Source: Patescibacteria group bacterium
GTDB taxonomy: Bacteria; Patescibacteriota; Patescibacteriia; SG8-24
Direction of reading: 5' to 3'
DNA length: 64,000 bases
Assembly: GCA_034716415.1 (NCBI GenBank)
Contig: JAYEJB010000059.1
Span: forward strand, 68 to 64,067
A model generated the notes under the pieces. That model was not told the DNA's origin and ran no database searches. It saw only the letters and a list, made by a program, of their open reading frames with translations. Below, one piece after another: positions 36,208 through 44,662 of this stretch (its first letter is position 1; the number at the start of each line of letters is the position of its first letter). The position numbers and the translations under genes are program-made.

Positions 36208-37008
36208 CTATAGCAGACCCATATACCAGCCCAGTATCACCTGACCGTAAAGCAAGGTGAATACAGTTCCCGCCGCCAGAAACGTACCGAACGGCAACTC
36301 GCTTTTCATGGTCTTCCTCTTGATGACCATCAACGAAACACCGATCAATGCTCCGGCGACATAAGCGATGAACAGCGCGACCAGGATTAACGGATATCCA
36401 AGGACTGCCCCCATGAACAGACCTAGATAGACATCACCGCCGCCCACCCATTTACCCTTGGACAATAGCCGCTGCAGCCAGAAGAATCCCCCGCCGATCG
36501 CGACACCGATCACAAGATGGGCGATATCCATCCCCAGTGCCACGTTCGCCGCAAGTGCGAGCACTGTAGCCGGAAGCGTAATCGAGCGCGGTATGAGCAT
36601 GTAGCGCAGATCGTAGACGAATACGATCACCAGTACGGAAACCACGAACCAGCCAAGAAGTAAGTTCGCGAACGCGACCGCCCCGATAGACTCGGCTCCG
36701 ACCGGAAAGGATGTCAATGCAACCATCAGAAACAACAGGCCCGTGACTGCCTCAATAAAGAAATATGACGACCCTATCGGCAGGAAACAGTAGCGACACT
36801 TCCCTCTCAAGAGAAGGTAGCTGAATAACGGGACTAGATCGAAGACCGACAGTCGATGCCTGCATTTCGGACAATAGGACCTGCCGTAAAGGAAGCTTTC
36901 CTTCGTCCGAAGGCGCCAGAGGACCGCGTTCAAGAAACTGCCGATCATGGCCCCAAACGCAAAAATAAATACCTGTAAAAATGGTAGCATACGACTGAAT
37001 GATACCAT
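36208..37008 (-). CDS. pilD: prepilin peptidase (A24 family)
   Basis: 266 aa; N-terminal CPKCRH..CRYC zinc motifs, polytopic, GGGDVYLGLFMGAVLG catalytic-Asp region. Confidence 0.85.
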   Translation of the reverse strand: MVSFSRMLPFLQVFIFAFGAMIGSFLNAVLWRLRTKESFLYGRSYCPKCRHRLSVFDLVPLFSYLLLRGKCRYCFLPIGSSYFFIEAVTGLLFLMVALTSFPVGAESIGAVAFANLLLGWFVVSVLVIVFVYDLRYMLIPRSITLPATVLALAANVALGMDIAHLVIGVAIGGGFFWLQRLLSKGKWVGGGDVYLGLFMGAVLGYPLILVALFIAYVAGALIGVSLMVIKRKTMKSELPFGTFLAAGTVFTLLYGQVILGWYMGLL

Positions 37009-37043
37009 GATTCTTACCTATATTATACCGGGGTTGAGGGTGT

Positions 37044-37138
37044 GGGAGCGTAGGGGTTAGAGAGTGAGAAAGTGAGAGGGTGAGAAAGATTCCAATCTCC
37101 GCTTTGTCCCCTTTCTCCACTCAATTTACCCCTTCTCC
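37044..37138. repeat. inverted copy of the GGAGCGGAGAAAGGG hairpin family plus (GTGAGA/GTGAGAAAG) short repeats
   Basis: CTCCGCTTTGTCCCCTTTCTCC is the reverse complement of the 25776/31136 motif. Confidence 0.6.
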
Positions 37139-37149
37139 AGCTCCCCACC

Positions 37150-37252
37150 TTTTTGTCATTGCGAGAAGGCCACAGCCGACGAAACAATCCCGTCGGCTTA
37201 AGCCTAAACCACGAGATTACTTCGGCCTTCGGCCTCGCAATGACAAAAAAGG
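37150..37252. repeat. GTCATTGCGAG-family hairpin repeat, copy D (most diverged)
   Basis: TTTGTCATTGCGAGAAGG..CAATCCCGTCGG..CTTCGGCCTTCGGCCTCGCAATGACAAAAAAGG. Confidence 0.8.
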
Positions 37253-37366
37253 AGCCCCGCTCTCAATCCCCGCCCCCCATAATAAAGACTTCCGCGGAGG
37301 GCGGAAGTCTTTATATTGCCGAATTCGGCCACGAACCGCCCTGTTCATACAAGGCGGCAACGAAGC

Positions 37367-37831
37367 TTATTGAATGCCGTTTGCACTGCCAGTGTGTGCT
37401 CCAGCGGTTAAGTCACCGACTGTGCCACCGATGCAGAACAAAAGCGTGTACCCACTACCACTGCCCGTTTGGGTATAGTCGTACGGGTTGGTTGACGTCG
37501 TACATGTACCGTCAGCAGGCGTAGGAGCGGACGGGACGAGACCCATGTAAGTGGTGTTTGAACCACATGTGGCCTGCCAGCCGTTCGAACACAGAGCCAC
37601 AGCTCCGGTTTCGCCGAGGTAACCGGTCGGATCCGCCGGGTAACCGTTCTGGTCGGCAAAGTACAGCTCAAGTGCGGTCTGGACCTGTTTGATGTCCGCG
37701 ACACGCTTCGAGTCACGAGATTTCTGACGAGCGCTGTTGAGAGCGACGACGGCCAGCGTTGAGAGCAGACCGATGATCGCGATAACGACCAGCAGCTCGA
37801 TCAGTGTGAAACCTTTATTAGTTTTGCGCAT
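37367..37831 (-). CDS. pilA: type IV major pilin (PilA-like)
   Basis: 154 aa; MRKTNKGFTLIELLVVIAIIGLLSTLAVVAL canonical class III signal plus N-terminal helix; Cys pairs in the C-terminal domain. Confidence 0.85.
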   Translation of the reverse strand: MRKTNKGFTLIELLVVIAIIGLLSTLAVVALNSARQKSRDSKRVADIKQVQTALELYFADQNGYPADPTGYLGETGAVALCSNGWQATCGSNTTYMGLVPSAPTPADGTCTTSTNPYDYTQTGSGSGYTLLFCIGGTVGDLTAGAHTGSANGIQ

Positions 37832-37852
37832 ATTACACCTCCCTTCGGGTTA

Positions 37853-37910
37853 GAGATTTTCCTCCAGACGTCTGGAGATGACATGAAATAAATATCCACA
37901 TGTCCTTTAA
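37853..37910 (-). promoter_or_regulatory. putative pilA promoter/leader: extended -10 (TGATATAAT on minus strand, 37902-37910) and 16-bp perfect palindrome CTCCAGACGTCTGGAG (37853-37868) in the 5' UTR; SD GGAGGTG
   Basis: Read directly from the reverse complement upstream of the pilA ATG. Confidence 0.3.
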
Positions 37911-37977
37911 ATTATATCACACACGCATAAGTTCGTTTATAGCTGGCGAGTCAAGTTGAGAAACCTGGGAGTGGTAC

Positions 37978-38068
37978 GGGCGGGAAGCGGGAAGCGGGAG
38001 GCGGGAAGAAGTGTCATAAAATTATGAATACCTCCCGCCTCAAGCCTCGTGCTTCCCGCTTCCCACCC
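37978..38068. repeat. (GGGAAGC)n / (GCTTCCC)n hairpin between pilC and pilA; probable terminator
   Basis: CGGGAAGCGGGAAGCGGGAGGCGGGAAG...CCTCCCGCCTC..CTTCCCGCTTCCC. Confidence 0.7.
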
Positions 38069-38145
38069 ACCGTTTCACAATAACAAAAAGACAGGATTGC
38101 TCCTGTCTTGCCCCTATCCTACTATCAAGCTATCCCGAAAGCTGT

Positions 38146-39354
38146 CTAGAACTGCGTGGCCATGTTGTACATTGGGAGGAGGATAGCGGCCACCATCACC
38201 CCCACAGCCACGCCCATAACCATCATTATCAACGGCTCAATGGCGTGTACAAGATTGGATACGGCGTGCGACAGCTCCCTGGTATAGAAATCCGTCAATT
38301 TAGCCAGGACCTCGGCCAAGCGCCCGGTCTCTTCCCCGACTGATATCATTTGGGGGACCATGTCCGGCATGGAACGCTCCCGAACGAATACAGAAGTCAG
38401 CGGATTACCATCCGAAACCTCCCTCTTCGTTTCCATCAGCTGCTCCCTATAATAGGCGTTACCCACGACATCGGAACTTATCTGCAGACCGCTCGGAATA
38501 TCCACACCCCCGGTAATCATCGTCCCGAAGCTCTGCGTAAACCGGACGACGTAAATCATTTTCAAGATATTACCGAAAATAGGAAGGTACAACTTATACT
38601 TGTCCCAGATATATCGCCCAGTCTTCGTGCTCGTCCACCACTTGAAACCCCCAATGGCGAGAAACGCCGCCACAATGATGTGAATCGCATAGACCTTGAA
38701 GAAGCCGCTGGTGACGATCAGCAGTTCCGTGGTCCACGGAAGGTCGGTACCGGATTGCGACAACACTTCGGTCAACTTGGGAATAACGAACGCCATCATG
38801 ACGAACCCGACGATGACCAGACCGATAAGAATGAATATCGGGTAGATCATCGCCCCCCGTATCCGCTGGTTCAGGTCGTAATCCTTCTCCATCTGATCAG
38901 CCAGATAGTTCATGATCTCTTCAAGCCGGCCAGTGGTCTCTCCAGACCGCACCATGTGGACGAAAAACTCCGAGAAGGCATTCGGGTGGCGCTCCAACGC
39001 GCCGGACAGCGCGGTTCCCGCCTCCACTTCATCCGCCACCTCCAGCAGGATCTTGTGCAATCGAGGATTCTTAGTCTGCCTGGCAACGGTCTGCAATGAT
39101 TGCACGAGCGGAACAGCGGCACCCATCAGCACTGAAAACTGGCGGGAAAAGATCACGATATCCTTGATCGGAATCTTGTTGAAGAACGGCAATTCAAACT
39201 CGAACACCCCGGCCTTCTTCGCCTCCTCCAACGAAACGACAAAAAAACCCCTATCCCTTAGGGTCTCCATAGCGATTTCCGATGTGGGTGCTTCAATAGC
39301 ACCTGTAATCGCCTGACCTTCCTTGTCTCTTACGCGGTAATCGAACCTTGGCAT
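38146..39354 (-). CDS. pilC: type IV pilus assembly platform protein PilC (GspF family)
   Basis: 402 aa; two T2SSF repeats, polytopic. Confidence 0.9.
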   Translation of the reverse strand: MPRFDYRVRDKEGQAITGAIEAPTSEIAMETLRDRGFFVVSLEEAKKAGVFEFELPFFNKIPIKDIVIFSRQFSVLMGAAVPLVQSLQTVARQTKNPRLHKILLEVADEVEAGTALSGALERHPNAFSEFFVHMVRSGETTGRLEEIMNYLADQMEKDYDLNQRIRGAMIYPIFILIGLVIVGFVMMAFVIPKLTEVLSQSGTDLPWTTELLIVTSGFFKVYAIHIIVAAFLAIGGFKWWTSTKTGRYIWDKYKLYLPIFGNILKMIYVVRFTQSFGTMITGGVDIPSGLQISSDVVGNAYYREQLMETKREVSDGNPLTSVFVRERSMPDMVPQMISVGEETGRLAEVLAKLTDFYTRELSHAVSNLVHAIEPLIMMVMGVAVGVMVAAILLPMYNMATQF

Positions 39355-39423
39355 GGGACTGGGGACGAATCCTTAATGCTGACAATCAATTGCCAGCTTT
39401 TCGCGGCGCCCTGAGTTTACCAA

Positions 39424-39813
39424 TCACTCGACCTTAAGTACCGCCTTGATCTTCTCGACCGCCTCCGCCGGCACGAAGTGCGCCTTTATGAGATAGTCTT
39501 GGGCTCCGGCTTCCAGGGCTTGTTCGATATCCTCTTTCTGGCCCAGGTTAGTAAGCATGATCACGGGAATACCCTTCGTCGCCTCGTCCTGCTTGAGCCG
39601 CTTGAGTGTCTCGAAACCGTCCAGCTTGGGCATCAGGACGTCTAGCAGGATTATATTGGGTTTCTCCTCGCCCGCTGCCTTCAGTCCCTCCTCACCGTCC
39701 CTCGCGGTCACGACCTGAAATCCCTCAAGCTCCAGCTTGGTCGCATAGATACCGGAAAGGAACGCGTCGTCGTCCACGATAAGCACCTTGTTTTTTCCGC
39801 CTTCTTCAGACAT
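39424..39813 (-). CDS. single-domain response regulator (CheY/PilH-like receiver)
   Basis: 129 aa; VLIVDDD, phospho-acceptor D in ILLDVLMP, T in MLTN, K in YLIKA. Confidence 0.85.
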   Translation of the reverse strand: MSEEGGKNKVLIVDDDAFLSGIYATKLELEGFQVVTARDGEEGLKAAGEEKPNIILLDVLMPKLDGFETLKRLKQDEATKGIPVIMLTNLGQKEDIEQALEAGAQDYLIKAHFVPAEAVEKIKAVLKVE

Positions 39814-39835
39814 AAGGTTTTCGTCTGGGGGTAAA

Positions 39836-41581
39836 TCAATCTGCGGTGACCCTCATCACCTCCTCAATTGTAGTTAATCCTTCCAAAGCTTTCAACAGCG
39901 CGTCCTGACGCAGGTTTATCATCTGCTGATCCTGGACCGCGGCCCGGACCTCCTCCGCCGGAAAACCTCTTGTCACCAACCGCTCCAACTTATCGTCGAA
40001 TACGATCATTTCTGCCATGGCCACACGACCGACGAAGCCGGAATCCTGGCATCTGATACACCCACGACCTTTATAGAATACGGGCGAAGCGGATTTGTCC
40101 AGTCCCACCTCCTGAAAATACTCGTCGGGAATCTCTTTCAGTTCTTCGATCACACCTCGCTCGACTTCAGCCGGCAGCGCCACCTTGGCCTTGCAACGCT
40201 CGCAGATCTTCCGAGCCAGACGCTGGGCTATGGCGACATTAATCGTAGCACCGAGCAGGAACGGTTCCACGTGCATGTCGACCAGGCGCGGAACCACGCC
40301 GACAGCATCGTTCGTGTGCAGGGTCGAAAAGATCAGGTGACCGGTAAGGGCGGCATGAACAGCCAGCTCAGCCGTCTCCCCATCACGGATCTCACCTACC
40401 ATTATGATGTTCGGGTCCTGACGCAATATGGAACGCAATCCGGCAGCGAACGTAAACCCTACAGCGGGCCTGATCTGTGACTGATTGACGCCCTTTATCT
40501 GATACTCCACCGGATCTTCGAGGGTCGAGATGTTCACGCCATCCTCATTCCTCATGTTCAGTATCGTAAAGAGTGTCGTCGACTTACCGCTACCGGTCGG
40601 ACCGGTGATCAGGAACATGCCGTGTGGCTGTCGAATCTGTTCTTTGATCAACTCGACGTATCTCGGACGGAAGCCGAGCTCATGAAGTTGCGGCACTCCC
40701 CTTGTCGTATCCAAGATACGCATGACGACCTTCTCGTTATCCGTCAACGGAAGGGTCGAGATGCGGAAGTCGATGATCCTGTCTCCGATCGTGTCCCGAA
40801 TCCTGCCGTCTTGCGGAATACGTGTCTCGTCTAGTTTCAGGTTCGCGAGAACCTTGATGCGCGAGACGATGGACGGATGGATATATTTCGGGAGAGTGAT
40901 GGATGTGCGCAATACCCCGTCCACACGATACCTCACCCTTGTCTCCTCTCCATAGGGTTCGATGTGAATGTCGGAGGCGTTTCCCTCGACGGCATGTTTC
41001 AGGATCACCGATACGATCCGTGAAACCGGCGCCCCTTTGATCACCTCTTCGATGTGCTCTTCCGCCTTGACTTCTAACTCCTCCGGCCCCTCGAACTTCT
41101 CCTTGGCCACTTCGAGGGCGTGTTCGACCTCCTTGCCGAGCTCCCGATATTTCTTGAAGGCTGCATCGTATGAAGCCTTGGATATGATGTGATACCGCGG
41201 CTTGAACTTGTTGGTCCTGGCGAGAAAATCAATCGCCTGCGCGGCCCGCATGGCCCGTGGCTCAAGCATGCCTATGCTCACCAGATCATCGACCTTGGCG
41301 AAAGCGACGGCCTTATTGTTGTCGGCGACCTCCTGCGGGATCAGGTTAAGCACGTCGAGCGCGATCTCCTGACCGACCAGATCGGCATAGGGAATACCCA
41401 AAACCGTGCCCCTGGCCTTCACCAGAAGCTCATCATCGACCAATCTCTTCTCCGCGATAAGCTTCTCGTAGGACTTACCGCTTTCACCCTGCTCCGTGAT
41501 CAGCTCCTTGTATTGCTCCTCTGTTATCTGACCGGTCTCGAGCAGGATGTCCAAGAGTTCTGTGCCCTTCTTATTCGCCAT
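39836..41581 (-). CDS. pilB: type IV pilus assembly ATPase PilB (GspE family)
   Basis: Walker A GPTGSGKSTTL, Asp/His boxes, tetracysteine CERC..CIRC; start set at MANKKGTELL (the track ORF's first 50 aa overlap the upstream gene). Confidence 0.9.
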   Translation of the reverse strand: MANKKGTELLDILLETGQITEEQYKELITEQGESGKSYEKLIAEKRLVDDELLVKARGTVLGIPYADLVGQEIALDVLNLIPQEVADNNKAVAFAKVDDLVSIGMLEPRAMRAAQAIDFLARTNKFKPRYHIISKASYDAAFKKYRELGKEVEHALEVAKEKFEGPEELEVKAEEHIEEVIKGAPVSRIVSVILKHAVEGNASDIHIEPYGEETRVRYRVDGVLRTSITLPKYIHPSIVSRIKVLANLKLDETRIPQDGRIRDTIGDRIIDFRISTLPLTDNEKVVMRILDTTRGVPQLHELGFRPRYVELIKEQIRQPHGMFLITGPTGSGKSTTLFTILNMRNEDGVNISTLEDPVEYQIKGVNQSQIRPAVGFTFAAGLRSILRQDPNIIMVGEIRDGETAELAVHAALTGHLIFSTLHTNDAVGVVPRLVDMHVEPFLLGATINVAIAQRLARKICERCKAKVALPAEVERGVIEELKEIPDEYFQEVGLDKSASPVFYKGRGCIRCQDSGFVGRVAMAEMIVFDDKLERLVTRGFPAEEVRAAVQDQQMINLRQDALLKALEGLTTIEEVMRVTAD

Positions 41582-41588
41582 AATGAAA

Positions 41589-41879
41589 TCACTCCTCTTC
41601 GTCGGTCTTCGGTGTCCTGAACGGCACCTCGCTGCCGACATTGCCGACATTCCAGGGGTCGACCGGCGCGGCAAATGTATCCAGACCCTTGTAGACGCCC
41701 CGATTGAAAAGGTTATCCCGTTCTCCCTCATCGAATATCAGCTGCGGGAGTGCCGGAGGAAGCTGAACCGCCATACCGGGTTTTGGGACGAAACGATGTC
41801 TATTGAAGAACACCAATACACCAGCGATGACCACCAGTAACGCTATGAATAGTACAATCTGTTTTTGCTCTTTATTCAT
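41589..41879 (-). CDS. small membrane-anchored protein in the pilus operon
   Basis: 96 aa; single N-terminal TM (IVLFIALLVVIAGVLVFF); acidic C-tail. Confidence 0.5.
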   Translation of the reverse strand: MNKEQKQIVLFIALLVVIAGVLVFFNRHRFVPKPGMAVQLPPALPQLIFDEGERDNLFNRGVYKGLDTFAAPVDPWNVGNVGSEVPFRTPKTDEEE

Positions 41880-41893
41880 GGTCTATACATCGA

Positions 41894-42508
41894 CTAAATC
41901 CTGTCCGGAAGCAGCGGCGCCGTCGGGGCCGCCTGAACAGGAGTGAACCCCGGCTCTATGAAATATGCTGTCAGAATCACGCTGTAATCCGTCCCGCCGG
42001 ACGAAAAAGTCACTGACTCGATATCGGACACCCGCACGAGACGTTCGAGATCATTCAGTAAATTCTGGAATTCCTGATACGTGCCGCCCGCGAGACTGAG
42101 TGAAATACGCACTTTCTTGACCCCATGAGGACCGGTCGTCGCTTCGTCGACGACCGTATCTATCGAAACCAGCACAAGGCCGTTGCCCTGAGCTATCGCA
42201 TCCATCTGCACGTATAGGTTCGGCTCGTCCGGCTTGTCTGGGAGTATCGTCGGTATCTTACTGACATGATCCTTGTGAACTTGCTCGAATTGCTCTTTTT
42301 CTTCGATGATTCGACTCAAATAAGCCTGATAGTCACCTAACCGCGCCTCCAAGGGCTTCAGGTCAAGCGATCCGCCGGGCATCAGATGACCTATCTTCGG
42401 CATGAACAGAAGGAAATATGCCCCCACGCCGTACGACAAGACGACCACCACGATTATGACCGGGAGATACTTTACGATCGGCGATTTCTCCTTCTTCTCC
42501 TCCTCCAT
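41894..42508 (-). CDS. pilO: PilO-like pilus assembly protein
   Basis: Single TM then periplasmic domain; position between pilN-like and pilB; start set at the internal Met to avoid overlap. Confidence 0.5.
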   Translation of the reverse strand: MEEEKKEKSPIVKYLPVIIVVVVLSYGVGAYFLLFMPKIGHLMPGGSLDLKPLEARLGDYQAYLSRIIEEKEQFEQVHKDHVSKIPTILPDKPDEPNLYVQMDAIAQGNGLVLVSIDTVVDEATTGPHGVKKVRISLSLAGGTYQEFQNLLNDLERLVRVSDIESVTFSSGGTDYSVILTAYFIEPGFTPVQAAPTAPLLPDRI

Positions 42509-42509
42509 A

Positions 42510-43283
42510 TTACTGACCGTTACCGTTTCCGGAACCGTTGACGACGACGTCTCCGTTTCCACCGGCCCCTGCCTCGTTCCATACGTCCTGATTCAACTTA
42601 AGCACCATCCCGAACGATACCCCTAGGATATTGCCGACCTCATCGATATTGGCCGATGCTGAAGAGGTTATCACTTCATCGACCATAGGATCCTCCCGAA
42701 GGATGACGATCTGCTCCGCCACGTCGCGGTACGTCTGCCCCATCGCATCAAGTGTAACCACACCACTGGCATAGTCACCGGAAAAGTTCAGAAAAAGCAC
42801 GGAAGGCTTGGTGCGGCTCTGGATGTAATCGAATAACGAAGACCAGTAGACGTGACTGTCCAGGAGGTCGGTGGCCGCGCGGACGCGCGAATCGAAAAGA
42901 GTCATGGTCTTCGTGCTGTCCTCGCTTTCCCGTATCTGCTGAGTCACTTCCGTTAGCGTCTGCTGAAGTTCCTGTCTGTGCACATTGGCCTCGGCTTCCC
43001 GCTTGGACACGAACAGGAACGCACCGCCGATGATGATGGTTTCGATGATGAGCACGGCGAAAAGAATGACCAATTGTCGACGCATGTCCGCCCCCTTCTC
43101 CTCTCTTTCCCCGGATGGCATCAAAGAAACCCGAAGACCCCCCATGAATCCGGAGGGTTCCGCCTCTTTCTTTTCGGGTGAGGGCGGAGGCGACGGGATA
43201 GGCAAAGCTCCGGAACCGGTCGGCTTTTCGGCCGGTCCTGCGCCTTCCTGCCCTTTTGCGTTGTCCCCTTGAAAAAGGTCCAT
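42510..43283 (-). CDS. pilN: PilN-like pilus assembly protein
   Basis: 257 aa; cytoplasmic N-terminus, single TM (LVILFAVLIIETIIIGGAFLFV), coiled-coil periplasmic region; directly after pilM. Confidence 0.55.
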   Translation of the reverse strand: MDLFQGDNAKGQEGAGPAEKPTGSGALPIPSPPPSPEKKEAEPSGFMGGLRVSLMPSGEREEKGADMRRQLVILFAVLIIETIIIGGAFLFVSKREAEANVHRQELQQTLTEVTQQIRESEDSTKTMTLFDSRVRAATDLLDSHVYWSSLFDYIQSRTKPSVLFLNFSGDYASGVVTLDAMGQTYRDVAEQIVILREDPMVDEVITSSASANIDEVGNILGVSFGMVLKLNQDVWNEAGAGGNGDVVVNGSGNGNGQ

Positions 43284-43296
43284 GCTTATTGAGTCA

Positions 43297-43372
43297 GGGA
43301 GTACAGGAGTATGGAAGTATAGAAGTAATTCTTTCTCGCTTCTATGCTTCTGTACTCCTGAACTTGTCCCTA
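43297..43372. repeat. CAGGAGTATGGAAGTATAGAAGT...CTTCTATGCTTCTGTACTCCTG hairpin (copy 2 of the 3291-3358 family) between pilM and pilN
   Basis: Inverted repeat read directly. Confidence 0.7.
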
Positions 43373-44473
43373 TTCCATCTCTGACATGGCGAGGCCGACC
43401 GCCACGGAGAATCTCGTCCCGATTTCATCGAGCACAGGCCTCAAATCACCCGGGTAGGCCACGCGTGCCCATGGATCCCCCACGTACACCTTCATGTTCA
43501 GCTGACCGGAAAAATATCCGGCAAGTGCCGGCAGTGCGGCCGTACCGCCAGTCAGTATGATCTTTTCGACACCCTTCTCTTCCCCTTCAGCCGCCTGACC
43601 CGTGTAGAGATTGATCGAATACTGCAGCTCGGTGACCATGGGCGCCATCGTCTTCTCGAAGATCTTCGGCATACCCTCACCCGGATAGAGAGTCGATACG
43701 CTCTTGATGTCGGTCTTCATCTCCTCGGCCCCTTTCAGATCCATGGACAACGTCTTAGCCATCGCCCTGGTCAGACTGACACCGCCCATGTCGACGCTTC
43801 TGGTGACGTACGGGATTCCGTTCTCGACTATGATGATGTTCGTCCGAGACGCCCCGATGTCCACGAGCATTGTCGTCGAACGGTCCTTGCCGACTAACGA
43901 CCGAATGAGAGCCAGTGTTTCGGTCTCCAGGCTGGCCAGATCAAGACCGGTCCGCCCGAAAACCTTGATGTATTTCTCTATCATCGCCTTCGACGCGCCG
44001 GTAATCAGAACCTGGACTGTCTTTTTCTCCTCATCTCCTTTTCCCTTTCCCCCTGTCTTCTTCTCCTTCTTAGCTTTCTTGCCATACCCGTTAATGGGCT
44101 TGAAATCGAGTTGCATCTCGTCAAGCGGGACCGGTATGAGCTTCTTGGCCTGCCAGCGCGCCGCGTCATTGATCTCCTTTTCGTTTCCTCTCGGCACGGT
44201 CACGACGGAACTGAATACGGAAGCTACCGGCAGACCCGTAATCGCCCTGCTGGTGGTCACCTTCGCTTTCGCGAGCATCTTCTTGAGCAGGTCTGCCGCC
44301 TCTTCGGGTGCATCCACCAGATTCAGCGGTTCTGCTCCCGGCATTCGTTCAGTAAAAGCATAAGTGAAGAGCTTGGCCCTTCCCTTCTCACTTTTAAGCT
44401 CGACTAATTTTATACCCCCGGAACCGAAATCGATGCCGAGGTAACTTTTTTTCTTCGAACCGAACAGACCCAT
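43370..44473 (-). CDS. pilM: type IV pilus assembly protein PilM (actin-like ATPase)
   Basis: 367 aa; YLGIDFGSGGIKLVEL N-terminal actin-fold phosphate-1 motif. Confidence 0.85.
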   Translation of the reverse strand: MGLFGSKKKSYLGIDFGSGGIKLVELKSEKGRAKLFTYAFTERMPGAEPLNLVDAPEEAADLLKKMLAKAKVTTSRAITGLPVASVFSSVVTVPRGNEKEINDAARWQAKKLIPVPLDEMQLDFKPINGYGKKAKKEKKTGGKGKGDEEKKTVQVLITGASKAMIEKYIKVFGRTGLDLASLETETLALIRSLVGKDRSTTMLVDIGASRTNIIIVENGIPYVTRSVDMGGVSLTRAMAKTLSMDLKGAEEMKTDIKSVSTLYPGEGMPKIFEKTMAPMVTELQYSINLYTGQAAEGEEKGVEKIILTGGTAALPALAGYFSGQLNMKVYVGDPWARVAYPGDLRPVLDEIGTRFSVAVGLAMSEME

Positions 44474-44556
44474 AAATCAGACGTGATTAGTTGTCGTTCC
44501 TAATCAAGGTCATTATACACCATTTAAGCGTGGTGTGCATGGTTATACACATGGTG

Positions 44557-44662
44557 GAGTCGAAGAGTCTAAAAGTCTAAAAGTTAAAAAAGGTTTCCGT
44601 TCGCGAAACAGTACAAAAAATCAACACTCTTAGTCTTTTCGACTTTTAGACTTTTTATTACG
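44557..44662. repeat. AGTCTAAAAG / CTTTTAGACT inverted-repeat hairpin (family also at 53815-53888, 57400-57535, 59731-59770)
   Basis: GGAGTCGAAGAGTCTAAAAGTCTAAAAG...CTTAGTCTTTTCGACTTTTAGACTTTTT. Confidence 0.7.
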
